In this document: positions 50,301-61,956 of the stretch, piece after piece
How the letters are laid out: the number at the start of each line of letters is the position of its first letter
Position numbering within the stretch: the stretch's first letter is position 1
Assembly (NCBI GenBank): GCA_976551045.1
Contig: CDPCPM010000049.1
Span: forward strand, 682,001 to 746,000
Source: Glaucostegus cemiculus
Taxonomy: Eukaryota
Length of the DNA: 64,000 nucleotides
Direction of reading: 5' to 3'
Position numbers and translations under genes: made by a program
The notes under the pieces: generated by a model
Told to the model about the DNA's origin: nothing
Seen by the model: the letters and a program-made list of their open reading frames with translations, nothing else
Databases searched by the model: none

Positions 50301-53300
50301 TCTGACAAACTGCATTCCCTCGGTGCAATCAATGCTACAGGTAACCAGTTGAATTTCAACGACAATAGTCCTGTGATGTCCACCAAGTGACAGTTAGCGA
50401 GGCTGAGCTGGGGAACAAAGTCCCCCAGCTCAGCCCACAGTAGCTGAAGTGCATGTGCGCTAATGGTGTGTAATGAATTTTGGAGAACTTGAGGAAATGT
50501 GAATTAATGCAGAGAAACTGAGAGTTGTGGGGTAGGGCGAGCAAGGTGGAAAGGCTTGCAGAATTCTGTAGACGGTGCAATTGATTAAAGCATGATAGTG
50601 TCGGGTGGGAAGGTAACGTGCATCAGTAAGCAGAAGGTTGCAGTGCAAACAGAGCTTGGTACAAGTCAGTGCACGGATCAAGAATTTGGAAGGCTTTATA
50701 TTTACAGAATGTGATGGTACAGACAACTCTACAAGTAACAAAAGAGAGACCAAGGTTCAAGATGCAAAAGGGAAAGGAGGACAGAAACTGCAGAACTTAA
50801 TCTTGCAACAGGCCATGCTTCACCTAATTTATCTGAAGTTTTTGAACGTGATACAAATAATCCCTGCCAGAACTCTTGTTCAATGAAGTCCAGAGATGCA
50901 GTCTTCCTTATTGAACCAGAAACATATTGATCAGAAAGTTGACAAACCCCACCACTTCTCTATCGCTTCTGTTATTTCAATCCCAGTCTTTATTTGGAAA
51001 TCAAAGCCGCTCAATTTCATTGCATCATGGACTTACTACATCTCTACAGTTCGCCCGCATACTTGTTCTCCATTGTTCTTCCTGCTGGTGGGCTCGAGAA
51101 CAATCTCAGCAGTCTAACCCCCTCCCATATTGTTTCTAGATGTGAAACAAAAACATTTCTCCCTGATCATTGGAGAACCCCCTCGGCCAAGCACTGCCGT
51201 ACTCTTGCTGCTCGTTTCTTACTCTTGCTGTCTGGCCTGAATGCAGTGAATGGATGAATATTGAAAAAAAAACAGTCCCTCCTTTTTTTTTAGCCAGGTC
51301 ACCATTGTTGCCGCTATGCCTCTGTCATCAACTTTGAGATTTCATATAAACATAAACACTTTTGGCATGGTCATGATCCACTGTGCTGGCCGACACACTC
51401 GTGACAAGGTCTTGACACTATGATATATCTACATACTTAGCAGGGTACTGATATACAATGAAACCCCCCACACTCCTGGGAGGATCCCAGCACGCTGCGA
51501 AACCGCCCCCCCCCCCCCACTCCTGTCAGGGTCCCAGTACGCTGTGAAACACCATAAATTCCTTGAATATTCCTCAAGTTGTGAAATTACTTCCTGAATG
51601 GCTTCCTGCATGATCTTCCTCTCATATCTTTGGCCGTATCTAATCTGTTTCCAACACCTCTGCTCTCACACCTCTGTAGCCGGACCGGACAAGAACAGCA
51701 TTTCCACCCCAGGGAACTCCACAGTGGATCATCCTGCACTCTTTCTTTCAGTTCCAACAAGGTCTAAGCATCAGATACCCAATCCCCACCACCCCTTCTA
51801 GCATTTCCAATGGATTGCTTCCTTCATAACTTCAGGGTCTGCTCTTCCATCTCCACCAACCACACCCTATCTTATGGCAATCTCCTGCCTTAACACAGAA
51901 CATGCTTTTTTGACAAATTAACATCATCAGCCTCTTTAACCAGTCAAGGATAGTGCATGGCATGCATACAATAAATAAAGGAAATGTATTTTACATGTGC
52001 ACAATGGGAAATATCCATAAATTAATCCATGGATGCAATTATTGCCAATACATTTCAGTCGTGGGTGTGGATGATATTTCTAATTAGAAGCTGTGACTAC
52101 GTCAGGACTGATATTCAAGAACAAAATCCAACGAATTGCGAATTGCTGAAATTGTATTCGCAGTAAAGAATATAGAAGGATAATCATTGTTTGTTGGAAA
52201 AAAATCACGATCCAAAATGAATCAGCCCCTGTGGGAAGTGCTTCCACTGGACACTCACTCCCACCTTTCCTTCCCACTGTCAACAAAACGATGTCTACCT
52301 ACCTCTTGATCCACTTATTACCTCCCCGAAACATCTGTAATCCATTCTATTTCAATTATCCTTAAGAATGAACGAAGCACTTACTTCATGTTGTGTTTCA
52401 CGGTTGAAACGTCTCCTGATTGTTTTGGAAATTGTGGGCTTGCTGTGTCCTCTAACTTTGGAACTTTCATATATGGTACTGCAATGACCAGTCTCTTGTT
52501 CAAAAACAACATACTGAACCCTTTCGGGCTTCCCTCAACCCCAAATCCCAAAGCCTTGCAGAACCCTTCTGATTCCCTTCCGCAGCTTCTAGTTAACAGG
52601 AACCTTTGCTCATGATCCACTGACTGCAGAATTGAAGGAAATATTCCACAGGAATTCTCTCAATGCTGAAATCAGGAATTTATCCTGTCCTTTGTCAATC
52701 TGTCACTTCCTGGCATGCAGCATTGCAGATGGCCAGACTGTGTTCCGGCTGAGGTAATAAAGTGGAGTCTGAGAAGAGACGGCAGGTTTATGGAGGATAT
52801 GTCCAAGGTTACATCCCTGGAAGCCAAAAGGCATGGCTGTCAGTGGATGTCTGGAAACTTGGAGGAGTCCAGGGACCATGAGCAGTGTCAGGCCGGAGCA
52901 GATTACAGAGACGGGGAGGCTGTTGGGGGTTCTAGCGGTTTATGAATGGATGTTAGGATTTTAAATCAGGACATTACTAGAGTAGCGGACAAACCCACAG
53001 AAAGGTTTGAGGCTGCTGGCTGAATAGAACATGGTGAGAGTGAGGGTATGGGTATCAAGGTTGAAGTACCACCAGGCACATGATGCCAGAACCATACACA
53101 TTTTCCCTTTCCCTTCCCATTCACCATATTGTAGGACCATTTCCTCTGTAATTCCCTTCTTCTCACTTCCATTAATATTGACTCTTCTTCTTACATCATC
53201 TTACCTGTTCTCTTACCTCTCCCCTTCCCATCATTCAGGACATATTCCCAGAGAGGCACTTGCACTTCTTACACTTCAGTGTAAGGTGCTCACAATGTAG

Positions 53301-55357
53301 CCTCCTCTATAGTGGGGAAACCAGATTGGGTGACCACTTTGTAGAACAACTTCCCGTTTCTGTTGCCTGTACAGTTGTAAGGGTGACTCTGAGATTTCGA
53401 TTTCCTTCCACACTAATCCTTCAGCACTCCCTGTCCCTTCTGACTTTGGCCTTGCACACATTCCGCGCATTTACTGTGGAGAAAACAATGGAGGCGAAGG
53501 AAATGAGTGGTGACGTATTGGACCACAAGAATTAGCAGAGTAGAGTTAATAGAAACCTTAAAGTGTATTAAGGTGGATAAATCACCAGGAACTGTATTCT
53601 CTGACCCTGTGGGAAGCTAGAGAAGAAATTATGGTGGCTCTTGCAGAGATTTTTGCTTCATCTTGTGCTACACATGAGGATCCGGTGGATGGAGAGTGCT
53701 AATGTGGTAAAGGCTGGCAAAAAGGCTGGAAACTACAGGCCAGTGAGCCTGACATTGGTGGTGGATAGATTGCTGGATGGGATTCTGAGGGACAAGAGCT
53801 AAAAACATTTAGGGAGACAGGGTCTGATTCCAGACAGTCCGCACGACTTTGGGGCAATTCATGTTTGGGAAAACTCTTGTAGTTCTTCGAGGAGGTAACC
53901 AAGGGGTACATGAGGGTAGGGCAGTGGACGTTATCTATATTGACTTTAGCAAGGCCTCTGACAAGCTCCCTCCAAGGCAGCCTAGTCTGTAAGGTGAGGT
54001 TGCATGTGATCCAGGGAGAGATAGCTGATTGAATTCATAATTATCTCAGTGCTAAGAAGAAGAGAGTAATGGTCAAGGTAGTATCCCAGACTGGAGCCCT
54101 GTGTCTAGTGGTATGCGGGGACTTTTGATGTTGGTAATTTATGTAAACGATTTGGATGTAAATGTACAAGGCACAGCTAGTAAGTTTGGGGATGATATTA
54201 AAATAACTGGTGCAGAAGGTCATAAAAATTACAGGGAGATCTTGATCAGCTAGGGGTGGGAGCTGAGGACTGGCAAATTGCTTTCAATCCAGATAAATGT
54301 GAGGTATTGCATTTTGGGAGATCAAACCATGGTGGGACCAATCCAGTGAATGGTAGGGTCCTGTGGAGCGTTGAAGAAGAGAGGGACCTCAGAGCACAAC
54401 TACATTGTTCGCTGAAAGCGGTGCCTCAGTTAGACAGGACGGTTAAGAAGGCGTTTGGTACACTAGCTTCATCGCCTGGGGCATTGAGTATAGCAGTTAG
54501 GAAGTTATGTGGCAGTTATATAGGACGTTCATGAGGCCTCACTTGGAGCATTGTTCATAGTTTTGGTCACCCTGTTATAGGATAGATATTAGTAAACCAG
54601 AAAGAGTTCAGAAAAGATGCTGCCTGGTCCTGGGGCCCTGAGATACAAGGAGAGGTTGCACAGATGAGGACTTTATTCGCTGGCACCTAGCAGATTGCGG
54701 GGTGACCTGATACAATGTCATGAGGGGCACAGGCAGGGTGAAAACACAGAGTATTTTTTTCAGGAATGACAAGCTGAAAACAGGAGGGCAAAGGTTAAAG
54801 ATCACAAGTGAGAGATTTAAGGGGACATCAAGGGCAGCTTCTTCACGCAAAGGGTGGTGTATATTTGGAATGAGCAGTCATGAAAAAATGGATGATGCAG
54901 GCACATTAGCAACGTTTCAAAGCAATCTAGATGAGTACATGTATACAGAAAGTTCACAGGGCCGTGGGCCAAGTGCAGGCAGATGGGACAAGCTCGCTGG
55001 GCAACACTGTCGGCATGGAAGAATTGGGCCAAACGGCCTGTTTCCCCGCTGTGAATGACTCTATGACTCTACCCAACCAAAAGTCAAGGGGCAGCACCTC
55101 ATCAAGCAGTTGATGCAATGATCAACCGGTTACTTTGTCCTTTCTCCACAGATGCTGCTTCTTCTATTTCCTCCACCTTCATACAGATTTATGGCAGTGG
55201 GTTGGCTCGCCCCGCTGTCCTGCGGACACATACATCATTCAGTCTCTCCCTTCTCTGTGTCCAAAGACAGGCTGGTTTTCCAACTTGCAGTTCAAATGAA
55301 AATCGTATCCCAGTAACATTAACTCTCTGTCTCTCTCTGTATTGCTCTCTCTCTCTT

Positions 55358-55432
<75 letters not shown>

Positions 55433-58400
55433 TGGTGCTGCCTGATCTACTGAGTATTTCCAGCACATTCTGATTGTATTTTGAAGCAACGACAGTGGAA
55501 TGCCTACGAATCACCAGTGTGCCCTAGGACAGAATACATAATCCCATGTTCCCTATCTGAGCCCTCAAGATCAACACTGAGGTTTTTAAAATAGGTTATC
55601 CAAGGAAAACATAGTTGTGGTTGTAGTGGGAGCATAAATAAAAGATAGGCGGGAATTAGTGAACAATCAGAGGAACATTCACCTTCAGAATGTGAGGGTC
55701 CGATTATTTTTCAACCATTGCTCTCTGTCGACTCGCGTGTCTGTAACAAGTGTAAATTCCTGCACTGAAATCCACTTTTGAGTTGAAAGATTATTCACCC
55801 AGTTCACGTAGTCTTAAATGCTGAGTTTTGCTCTAATAATTCACTACTTTCTGTCTGTTCCCATGGAAGATTTACAACAGAAACACAAGGACACTCTGCG
55901 GGCACAAACTGAAACACTGAGAGTGAACACAATCCTGATGAGGGAGAAGGTTAAGGTTTTCCAGCTGGTTGATCGATACATTGAGCTTACGGTCATTTCT
56001 ACCATTAGAGATTGGAGATTTGTGGAACATGAGCTGCTGGCCAGAGGACGGGAGCATGAGGAGTGGAGGGAGAAATATCTCCAGAGAGAGCTGGAAAAAA
56101 TACGAACTGATCAATTGTTCCAGATCAGCTTTTCCCGGAGTAAATCCAAATCTGGGAGTACAGCAGTAGTGGCTGGAGTCCCAGGGATCGGAAAATCAAC
56201 AATGGTGCAAAAGATTGTTTATGACTGGGCCACAGGGAAGATATTCCAACACTTCCAATTTGTCTTCAGTTTCAAATTCAGGGATTTAAACACGATTAAC
56301 TGTACCATAAACCTGTCGAACCTGGTCCTCTTTTTCTATCCTTACCTGAGGAATGTTCTGGAAAAGCTGTGGAGGAATGCAGAGAAATTGCTGTTTATAT
56401 TCGATGGTTTGGATGAATTCAAGGACAGAATCGATTTTGCTGACAGTCAGAGAGACAGAGAACCTCAGCACATGTGCACAGATCCAGAATTCCGGTGTAA
56501 AGTCTCGGATATTGTGCACAAGTTAATCCAGCACAAGTTGCTCCTGGGGTGTTCAGTGCTAGTGACCACCCGCCCCACTGCACTACATTTATTAGAAAAG
56601 GCGGCGATCAGTGTCTGGGCTGAAATCCTGGGATTTGTGGGTGAGGAACGCAAGGAATATTTCAGCAGGTTTTTTCAAGATCGTAAGGTGGCAGCAGCTG
56701 TGTTCAAACACGTGCAGGAAAACGAGCTCCTGTACACCATGAGCTACAACCCCTCCTACTGCTGGATCCTTGGTCTGGCACTTGGCCCCTTCTTCACACA
56801 AAGAGGCAGGTATCCTCAGCAAGTTCCCAAGACCATCACCCAACTATATTCCTACTATATTTACAACATCCTGAAAAACCACGCTCGTGAGATTCAAAGC
56901 CCTCGTGATGTGTTACTGAGGGTTGGTCAGATGGCCTTCAGAGGAGTGTCCGAGAAGAAGATTGTGTTTACTGACGGAGATTTGATCAAGTCCAATCTGC
57001 AGCCTTCCCAGTTCCTGTCTGGGTTCCTAATGGAACTCTTGGAGAGGGAGGATTCTTCCCGGAACGTGGTGTACACATTCCCACACCTCACCATCCAAGA
57101 GTTTGTAGCCGCACTCGCACAATTCCTGACTCCAGATCCCGGGGATGTAGCGAAACTCCTCACTGAAGCTCACAGCACGACAGATGGAAGATTTGAGGTA
57201 TTTCTCCGTTTTGTTGCTGGTCTCTCCTCCCCAGGGCCAGCTCGGCGCCTGGAGGAGTTTCTGGGTTCATTTCCTCATCAAACAACCTGCCGAGTGATTG
57301 ACTGGGTGAAGGAGCACGTTAAACGTCAGATTGCGAACACAGGGAGTGAAGCTGGTAAAAGGAACCTCCTGAACACAATGCACTACCTGTTTGAGACTCA
57401 GAATCGTGCCCTGGCTGAGGCCGCACTGGGATCTGTGGATACACTTTCATTCCATGGATTGCGACTGACCCCGATTGACTGCGCGGTCCTGTCTCACACC
57501 ATCGGGCTCTGTGATTCAATAACACATCTCGATCTTGATTGCTGCAACATTCAGCACGAAGGACTCCAGCGGCTGGGACCTGGGCTGCACAAATGCCGGG
57601 AGCTGAGGTGACTTAATTTGGTTCTAATTCTAAATTGTAAATTTTTCCCATTTTTTGTTTCTGTGTGATGCTCTCCCTCTGTGTGACTCTCTCCCTCTGT
57701 GTGACTCACACCCACTCTGAGTCACTCACTCCTTATCTGTGTGACCATTCCCCCCTCTGTATGTCTCTCTCCTCTGTTGACTCTCTCCCCAGTTGTGTAA
57801 CTCTCACCTCCATGTGACTCACCCCCTCTGTGTGACTCTTGTCCACCACTTACCCTCCCACTGTGTGACTTTCATCTTCGTTCTCCCAGGCACCCTTGCT
57901 CGATGTGACCTGCTCACCCCAACTCGGCATGACTCCCCCTCCCCCCTCCCCCGCTGTGTGATTCTCCCGGACACCCCGCTCAATGAAACTCTCTCTGTCC
58001 TCTCCCTGTCACTCCCACCACGAACAACCCAACTCTGTGAGTCTCTCCCTCGCCCCACCCTCGCTATGTCACTCACTCACCCAGCTCACCCCTGTATGAC
58101 TCTTCCCTCTCTGTGATTCACCCCTCATGCTGTGTAACTCTTTCACTATCTGTGACTCTCTGACACCCCTGTGTGACTTTCTCCCCGTCTGTGTGACTCC
58201 CCCCCCCCTGCCCTCTGTGTGACTCTCAACCCCAGTTGTGGTGCTAAATGGCAATTTTCTCCATTTTGTTTTGCTTCTGTCAGGCTCTCTCCACTCTGTG
58301 CAACTCACTCCTCAATCTGAGTAACACTCCATCCCCACTCTGTGTCCCCAATCTGCTATGTGACTCCTCACCCGCTGTGTGATTCCCCCTTTGCGTGATG

Positions 58401-61400
58401 CTACCCCCTCTCTGTGACTCTCCCACACCCCCGCACGATGTGACTCTCTCTCCTCTCCCGCCTCCCTTGATGCGACCTTCCCCCAACTGTGTGACGTTTC
58501 CCCACTCTGTAACTCTACTCCAAACGCAGCGTGACTCTCTCCCCACTCTGGTTGCTTGAAGCTCCTCCCCTCACCGTGTGACTCTCTGCACCGCTGTAAC
58601 GTTCTCAGCCCCGCTGTGTGATGCTCTCCCCCCACTGTGTTATACTCCCCATTGTGCTCCTATCTCCTCGTTGTGTGACTCTGTCTGACTCTCACCTTCT
58701 GTGTGACTCAGTCACCCTTTGTGTGACTCTCTCCCATGTCCTCCCTCCACTTGACCTCACTCTCTCTCCTCCAACCCCACTCGATGTGACTCTTTCTCTC
58801 CCAGCCCCATTCCAGGTAACTTTATCCCACCTCCTCACCTTGTGACACTCTCTCCCTCTCCCTCGGTGTGATCGTGTTGCAAACCCCTCGGTGTGACGCA
58901 CTCTCTCTTTCGGTGTGAAACATTCTCCCAAACAGTTGGGGGAGGGGTAGTGGAGGGAGAGTGTGTCACACCGAGACGGTATCACCTCCTTGGTGTGACT
59001 CTTTATCCTATACCCACTCGATATAACTCTCTCTTCCACATCCATGGCGTGACTCTCACCCACCCAACCACCCCGCTGTGTGACTCTCTTTTACCATTCA
59101 TGGTGTGAATCCCTCTGCCACCTTTTGTTGTGACTCTCTCTCTCTCTTTCTCTCTCTCTTTCACACTCCCCCCCGTGATGAGACTCACTCTCCAAGCCCC
59201 ACCCAGCGTCTCACTCTCCCCCCACCCCTGGTGTGACTCTCTTTCCCATCCATACGCAGCGGGAATCTGTCCAACACCCTCGGTGTCACTCTCTGTCCCA
59301 GAACCAATTGGCGTGACCCTATCTGACACCCCTACCCTCCGCTCCGCTCCCCTTGCTATTCTCTACATTTCTACGCCCCATTCTGCCCCGTGGGGGACTC
59401 TTGTGCCCTCTCCTGCTGTGTGTAATGACCACCGTCCCCTCCACCACCTCAAGTATGTACCAACTCCTCTTCCCCCACCAGTCTCTATAGCTCTTGAAAC
59501 GCACGCCCAACATTTTCTCAGTCATTAGTGAATGACTGGAGTCACACAATTATTCACTGATGTTCTGTGAAGCTGGGGATTAAGGGGAAAAATTTGGTAT
59601 TGATTATTAATTTCCTGAAGTGTTTCCTCTAATATATGCTTTATATCATACTCGCTGTTTATATTTAGACTGGCGCACAATGACCTGGGAGATTCAGGGG
59701 TGAAACTTGTGTCTGCTGCTCTGAAGAACACAAAATGTAAAATACAGAAACTGCAGTAAGTAACAGACTGAGAGTGAATGTGTCTCCAGTGACTGGGTCT
59801 CTTACAGTAAACATTAATGACTAGAAATTGTATTACTGATAAACACTGGGGATTTGTACCATTTCCTGTCATTTTGTGTCCTTCACCTTCACACTCTCTG
59901 ACCTACAGACTCGTGGGGAATGATCTCACAGATTCTTGCACCGAGGATCTCGCCTCCACTCTCAGTACAAACCGCTCACTGACAGAGGTTAACTTGAGTG
60001 ATAACAATCTGCTCGATTCAGGCGTGAAACTTATGTCTGCGGCTCTGCGGAACCCCGAGGGTAAATTACAGAAACTGTGGTAAGTAGCAGACTGTAGAAA
60101 TGGTGTTTACAGTCACTGGGTGTCTGACACAGAACATTAGTATGATCAGTAATTGTGTTAGTGATAAACACTGGGTTTTTACACCGTCTCCTGCCTTTCT
60201 GTGTCCTTCACCCTCTTTCTTTGATCTCCAGGCTGTGGAACAACGGTCTCACAGATTCTTGTGCCCAGGATCTCTTCTCTGCTCTCAGTATAAACCACTC
60301 ACTGATGGATCTAAACCTGGGTGGCAATAAACTGGGAGATGCCACAGTGAAACTGGTGTGTGTTGCTCTCAGGAAACCAGACTGTAAAATACAGAAACTG
60401 AGGTAAGCACTAGACTCTGTGAGTTTGTATTTACTGTCACTGGGTGTTTGACATTGAATATTAACTTAATAAGTAATTACGTTACGAATAAGCAGTGCAG
60501 ATTTACACTGTTTCTTGCCTCTCTATGTCCTTCACTCTCAGTTTAATCTAATCTCCAGGCTGGCGTGGAACAGTCTCACAGATTCTTGCATCGCGGATCT
60601 TGCCTCCGCTCTCAGTACAAATCGCTCATTGACATATCTGGACCTGAGTGATAATAAACTGGGAGATTCAGGAGTGAAACTGATCTCTGCAGCTCTGAGG
60701 AACTCGGAATGTAAAATACAGAAAATGGAGTAAGTCTCATGCTGTGATCGACTGTGTTTACAGTCACTAGGTGTCTGACATTGAACAGCAATATGATCAG
60801 TAATTGTGTGACTCATAAGCACTGTGGATCTGGACAGTCTCCTGTCTCTCAGTGCCCTTCACCGTCCGTCTCTCCGATCTATAGGTTGAATAATGTCGGT
60901 CTTACATCTGCTTGTGCCAAGGATCTCCCCAACAATCTTGGTAAAAACTGCACCCTGAAGGAGCTGAACCTAGGTGGTAATGATCTGGGAGATTCAGGAG
61001 TGAAACCGTTGTCTGCGGCTCTGAGGGACCCCGACTGTAAAATACAAAAACTGGGGTAAGTACCAGACTGTGAGAGATTGTGATTACAGTCACTGGGTGT
61101 CTGATGCTGAGCAGGAAAATGATCAGCTATTGTGTTACTGATAAACACAGGATTTTCACCGCTCCTGTCTCACTGTGCCCTTCACCCTCATGCTCTGTGA
61201 TCTCCAGGTTGTACAAAGTCGGTCTCACAGATTCTTGTACTGAGGATCTCACCTCCGCTCTCAGTACAAACTGCTCACTGAAGGCGCTGGATCTAAGTTG
61301 CAATAACCTCGGAGATTCTGGTGTGAAAATTGTCTCTGCGGCTCTCAGCAAATCAGAATGCAAAATACAGAAACTGGAGTAAGTACCAGAACGTGTGGGA

Positions 61401-61917
61401 TTGTTTTGCAGTCGCTGGGTGTCTGACACGGAACACCAATGTGATCAGGAATTATGTCAGTCATAAACACTGACCTCATTCTCTCTGATCTCCAGGCTGT
61501 ACAATGTCGGTCTCACAGATTCTTGCACCAAGGATCTCGCCGATGCTCTCAGTACAAACCGCTCACTGACGGGTTTGAATCTAAGATACAACTCTTTCAC
61601 AGACCAATCTATCCCTGCTCTCTGCCGTCTCATACTGAGCCTCCCGAGACTCGAGTGGATCAGGTGAGTGTGTGTGTGCTAATGTTCAGTGTGATAAACT
61701 GTCACCTGATCCGTGAGCTTTTCTGGTGATATTTGTCTGTAAGTGGTGTTGAAATCTTAATCCCAGTCCCCTGTTATTGACACTGCTGTGCATCTGTTTA
61801 TTTCCTCTTCATTCTTCAATCTGTTTCAGGCTGTGGGGGAATCAGTTCAGTTCCGATGGAGAGAACCAGCTGAAGTCGCTGTGGGGATCCAGACCTGGCC
61901 TGAGTGTGGCGCTGTGA
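44320..61917 (+). CDS. NLR-B: CARD-like/FISNA/NACHT/LRR NOD-like receptor (chondrichthyan NLRC3/NLRP3-like family), multi-exon, about 1131 aa
   Basis: Hand-spliced coding exons: 44320-44374, 48493-48659, 49441-49612, 49713-49778, 55870-57607, 59669-59755, 59909-60079, 60232-60402, 60559-60729, 60885-61055, 61208-61378, 61496-61663, 61830-61917. Total 3396 nt, open to TGA. Walker A GVPGIGKS, Walker B LLFIFDGLDE. Confidence 0.92.
45280..46100 (+). mobile_element. Degenerate Penelope-like element (GIY-YIG region)
   Basis: DKARVNLVLISHSTHL and LQVKQRFICT segments resemble Penelope RT C-terminus/GIY-YIG. Confidence 0.5.
46730..48150 (-). mobile_element. Old CR1 LINE fragment
   Basis: 3'-end motif gaaataggagcagg and residual RT sequence (accccactagtcactgcc). 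Confidence 0.6.
48493..48659 (+). CDS. NLR-B exon, N-terminal half of CARD-like domain
   Basis: DPSSVFTELLANWDDFKLFQLTYFYRDRLEQAIEGGVHGVSLALTYERQFSGLEHR; cacAG / GTGAGT. Confidence 0.9.
49441..49612 (+). CDS. NLR-B exon, C-terminal half of CARD-like domain
   Basis: KVTDLADEGKRAYSSKLLMNLVMEKGSGARRVMWETFVKMRNGVPKFDNILKEIQEH. Confidence 0.9.
49713..49778 (+). CDS. NLR-B 66-nt linker exon
   Basis: GFDPSNLAKIAQGLHEVPSELK; phase 1-1. Confidence 0.82.
53220..53460 (+). mobile_element. Penelope-like GIY-YIG fragment
   Basis: VRCSQCSLLYSGETRLGDHFVEQL in ORF 53260..53535. Confidence 0.6.
53460..55070 (+). mobile_element. Degenerate CR1 LINE (RT to 3' tail)
   Basis: ORFs 54256..54534 (FNPDKCEVLHFGRSN) and 54720..55058; tail atgactctatgactct. 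Confidence 0.85.
55323..55429. repeat. (CT)n microsatellite
   Basis: Long near-perfect CT dinucleotide run. Confidence 0.95.
55870..57607 (+). CDS. NLR-B FISNA-like + NACHT + HD1/WH/HD2 exon
   Basis: ORF 55818..57611 with intact NACHT motifs; 1738 nt. Confidence 0.95.
57660..59330. repeat. Degenerate TGTGTGACTCTC / C-rich minisatellite in the NACHT-LRR intron of NLR-B
   Basis: Dozens of tgtgactc-like cores separated by C/T-rich spacers of variable length. Confidence 0.85.
59669..61917 (+). CDS. NLR-B LRR exons (87 nt, five of 171 nt, 168 nt, terminal 88 nt)
   Basis: AG/GT-bounded phase-2 exons encoding RI-type LRRs; ends LWGNQFSSDGENQLKSLWGSRPGLSVAL-TGA at 61915-61917. Confidence 0.92.
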
Positions 61918-61956
61918 ACATATTAATGCATGAACGTCAACGTCGTCGGAATGGGA

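Noticed and set aside
55189-55431. (RE)n ORF
   Set aside because: Translation of the (CT)n microsatellite.
61150-61177. RAG RSS-like sequence on minus strand (CACAGTG + 12 nt + TGAAAATCC) in an NLR-B LRR intron
   Set aside because: The nonamer matches only 6/9, homologous positions in sister introns lack the heptamer, and I saw no 23-RSS partner. It is most simply a point variant of the intron consensus.
59669-61663. Regularly spaced repeats superficially like a CRISPR or VLR cassette array
   Set aside because: Units are ordinary spliceosomal exon/intron duplications in a eukaryotic gene, with no cas genes and no incomplete germline gene needing cassette assembly.
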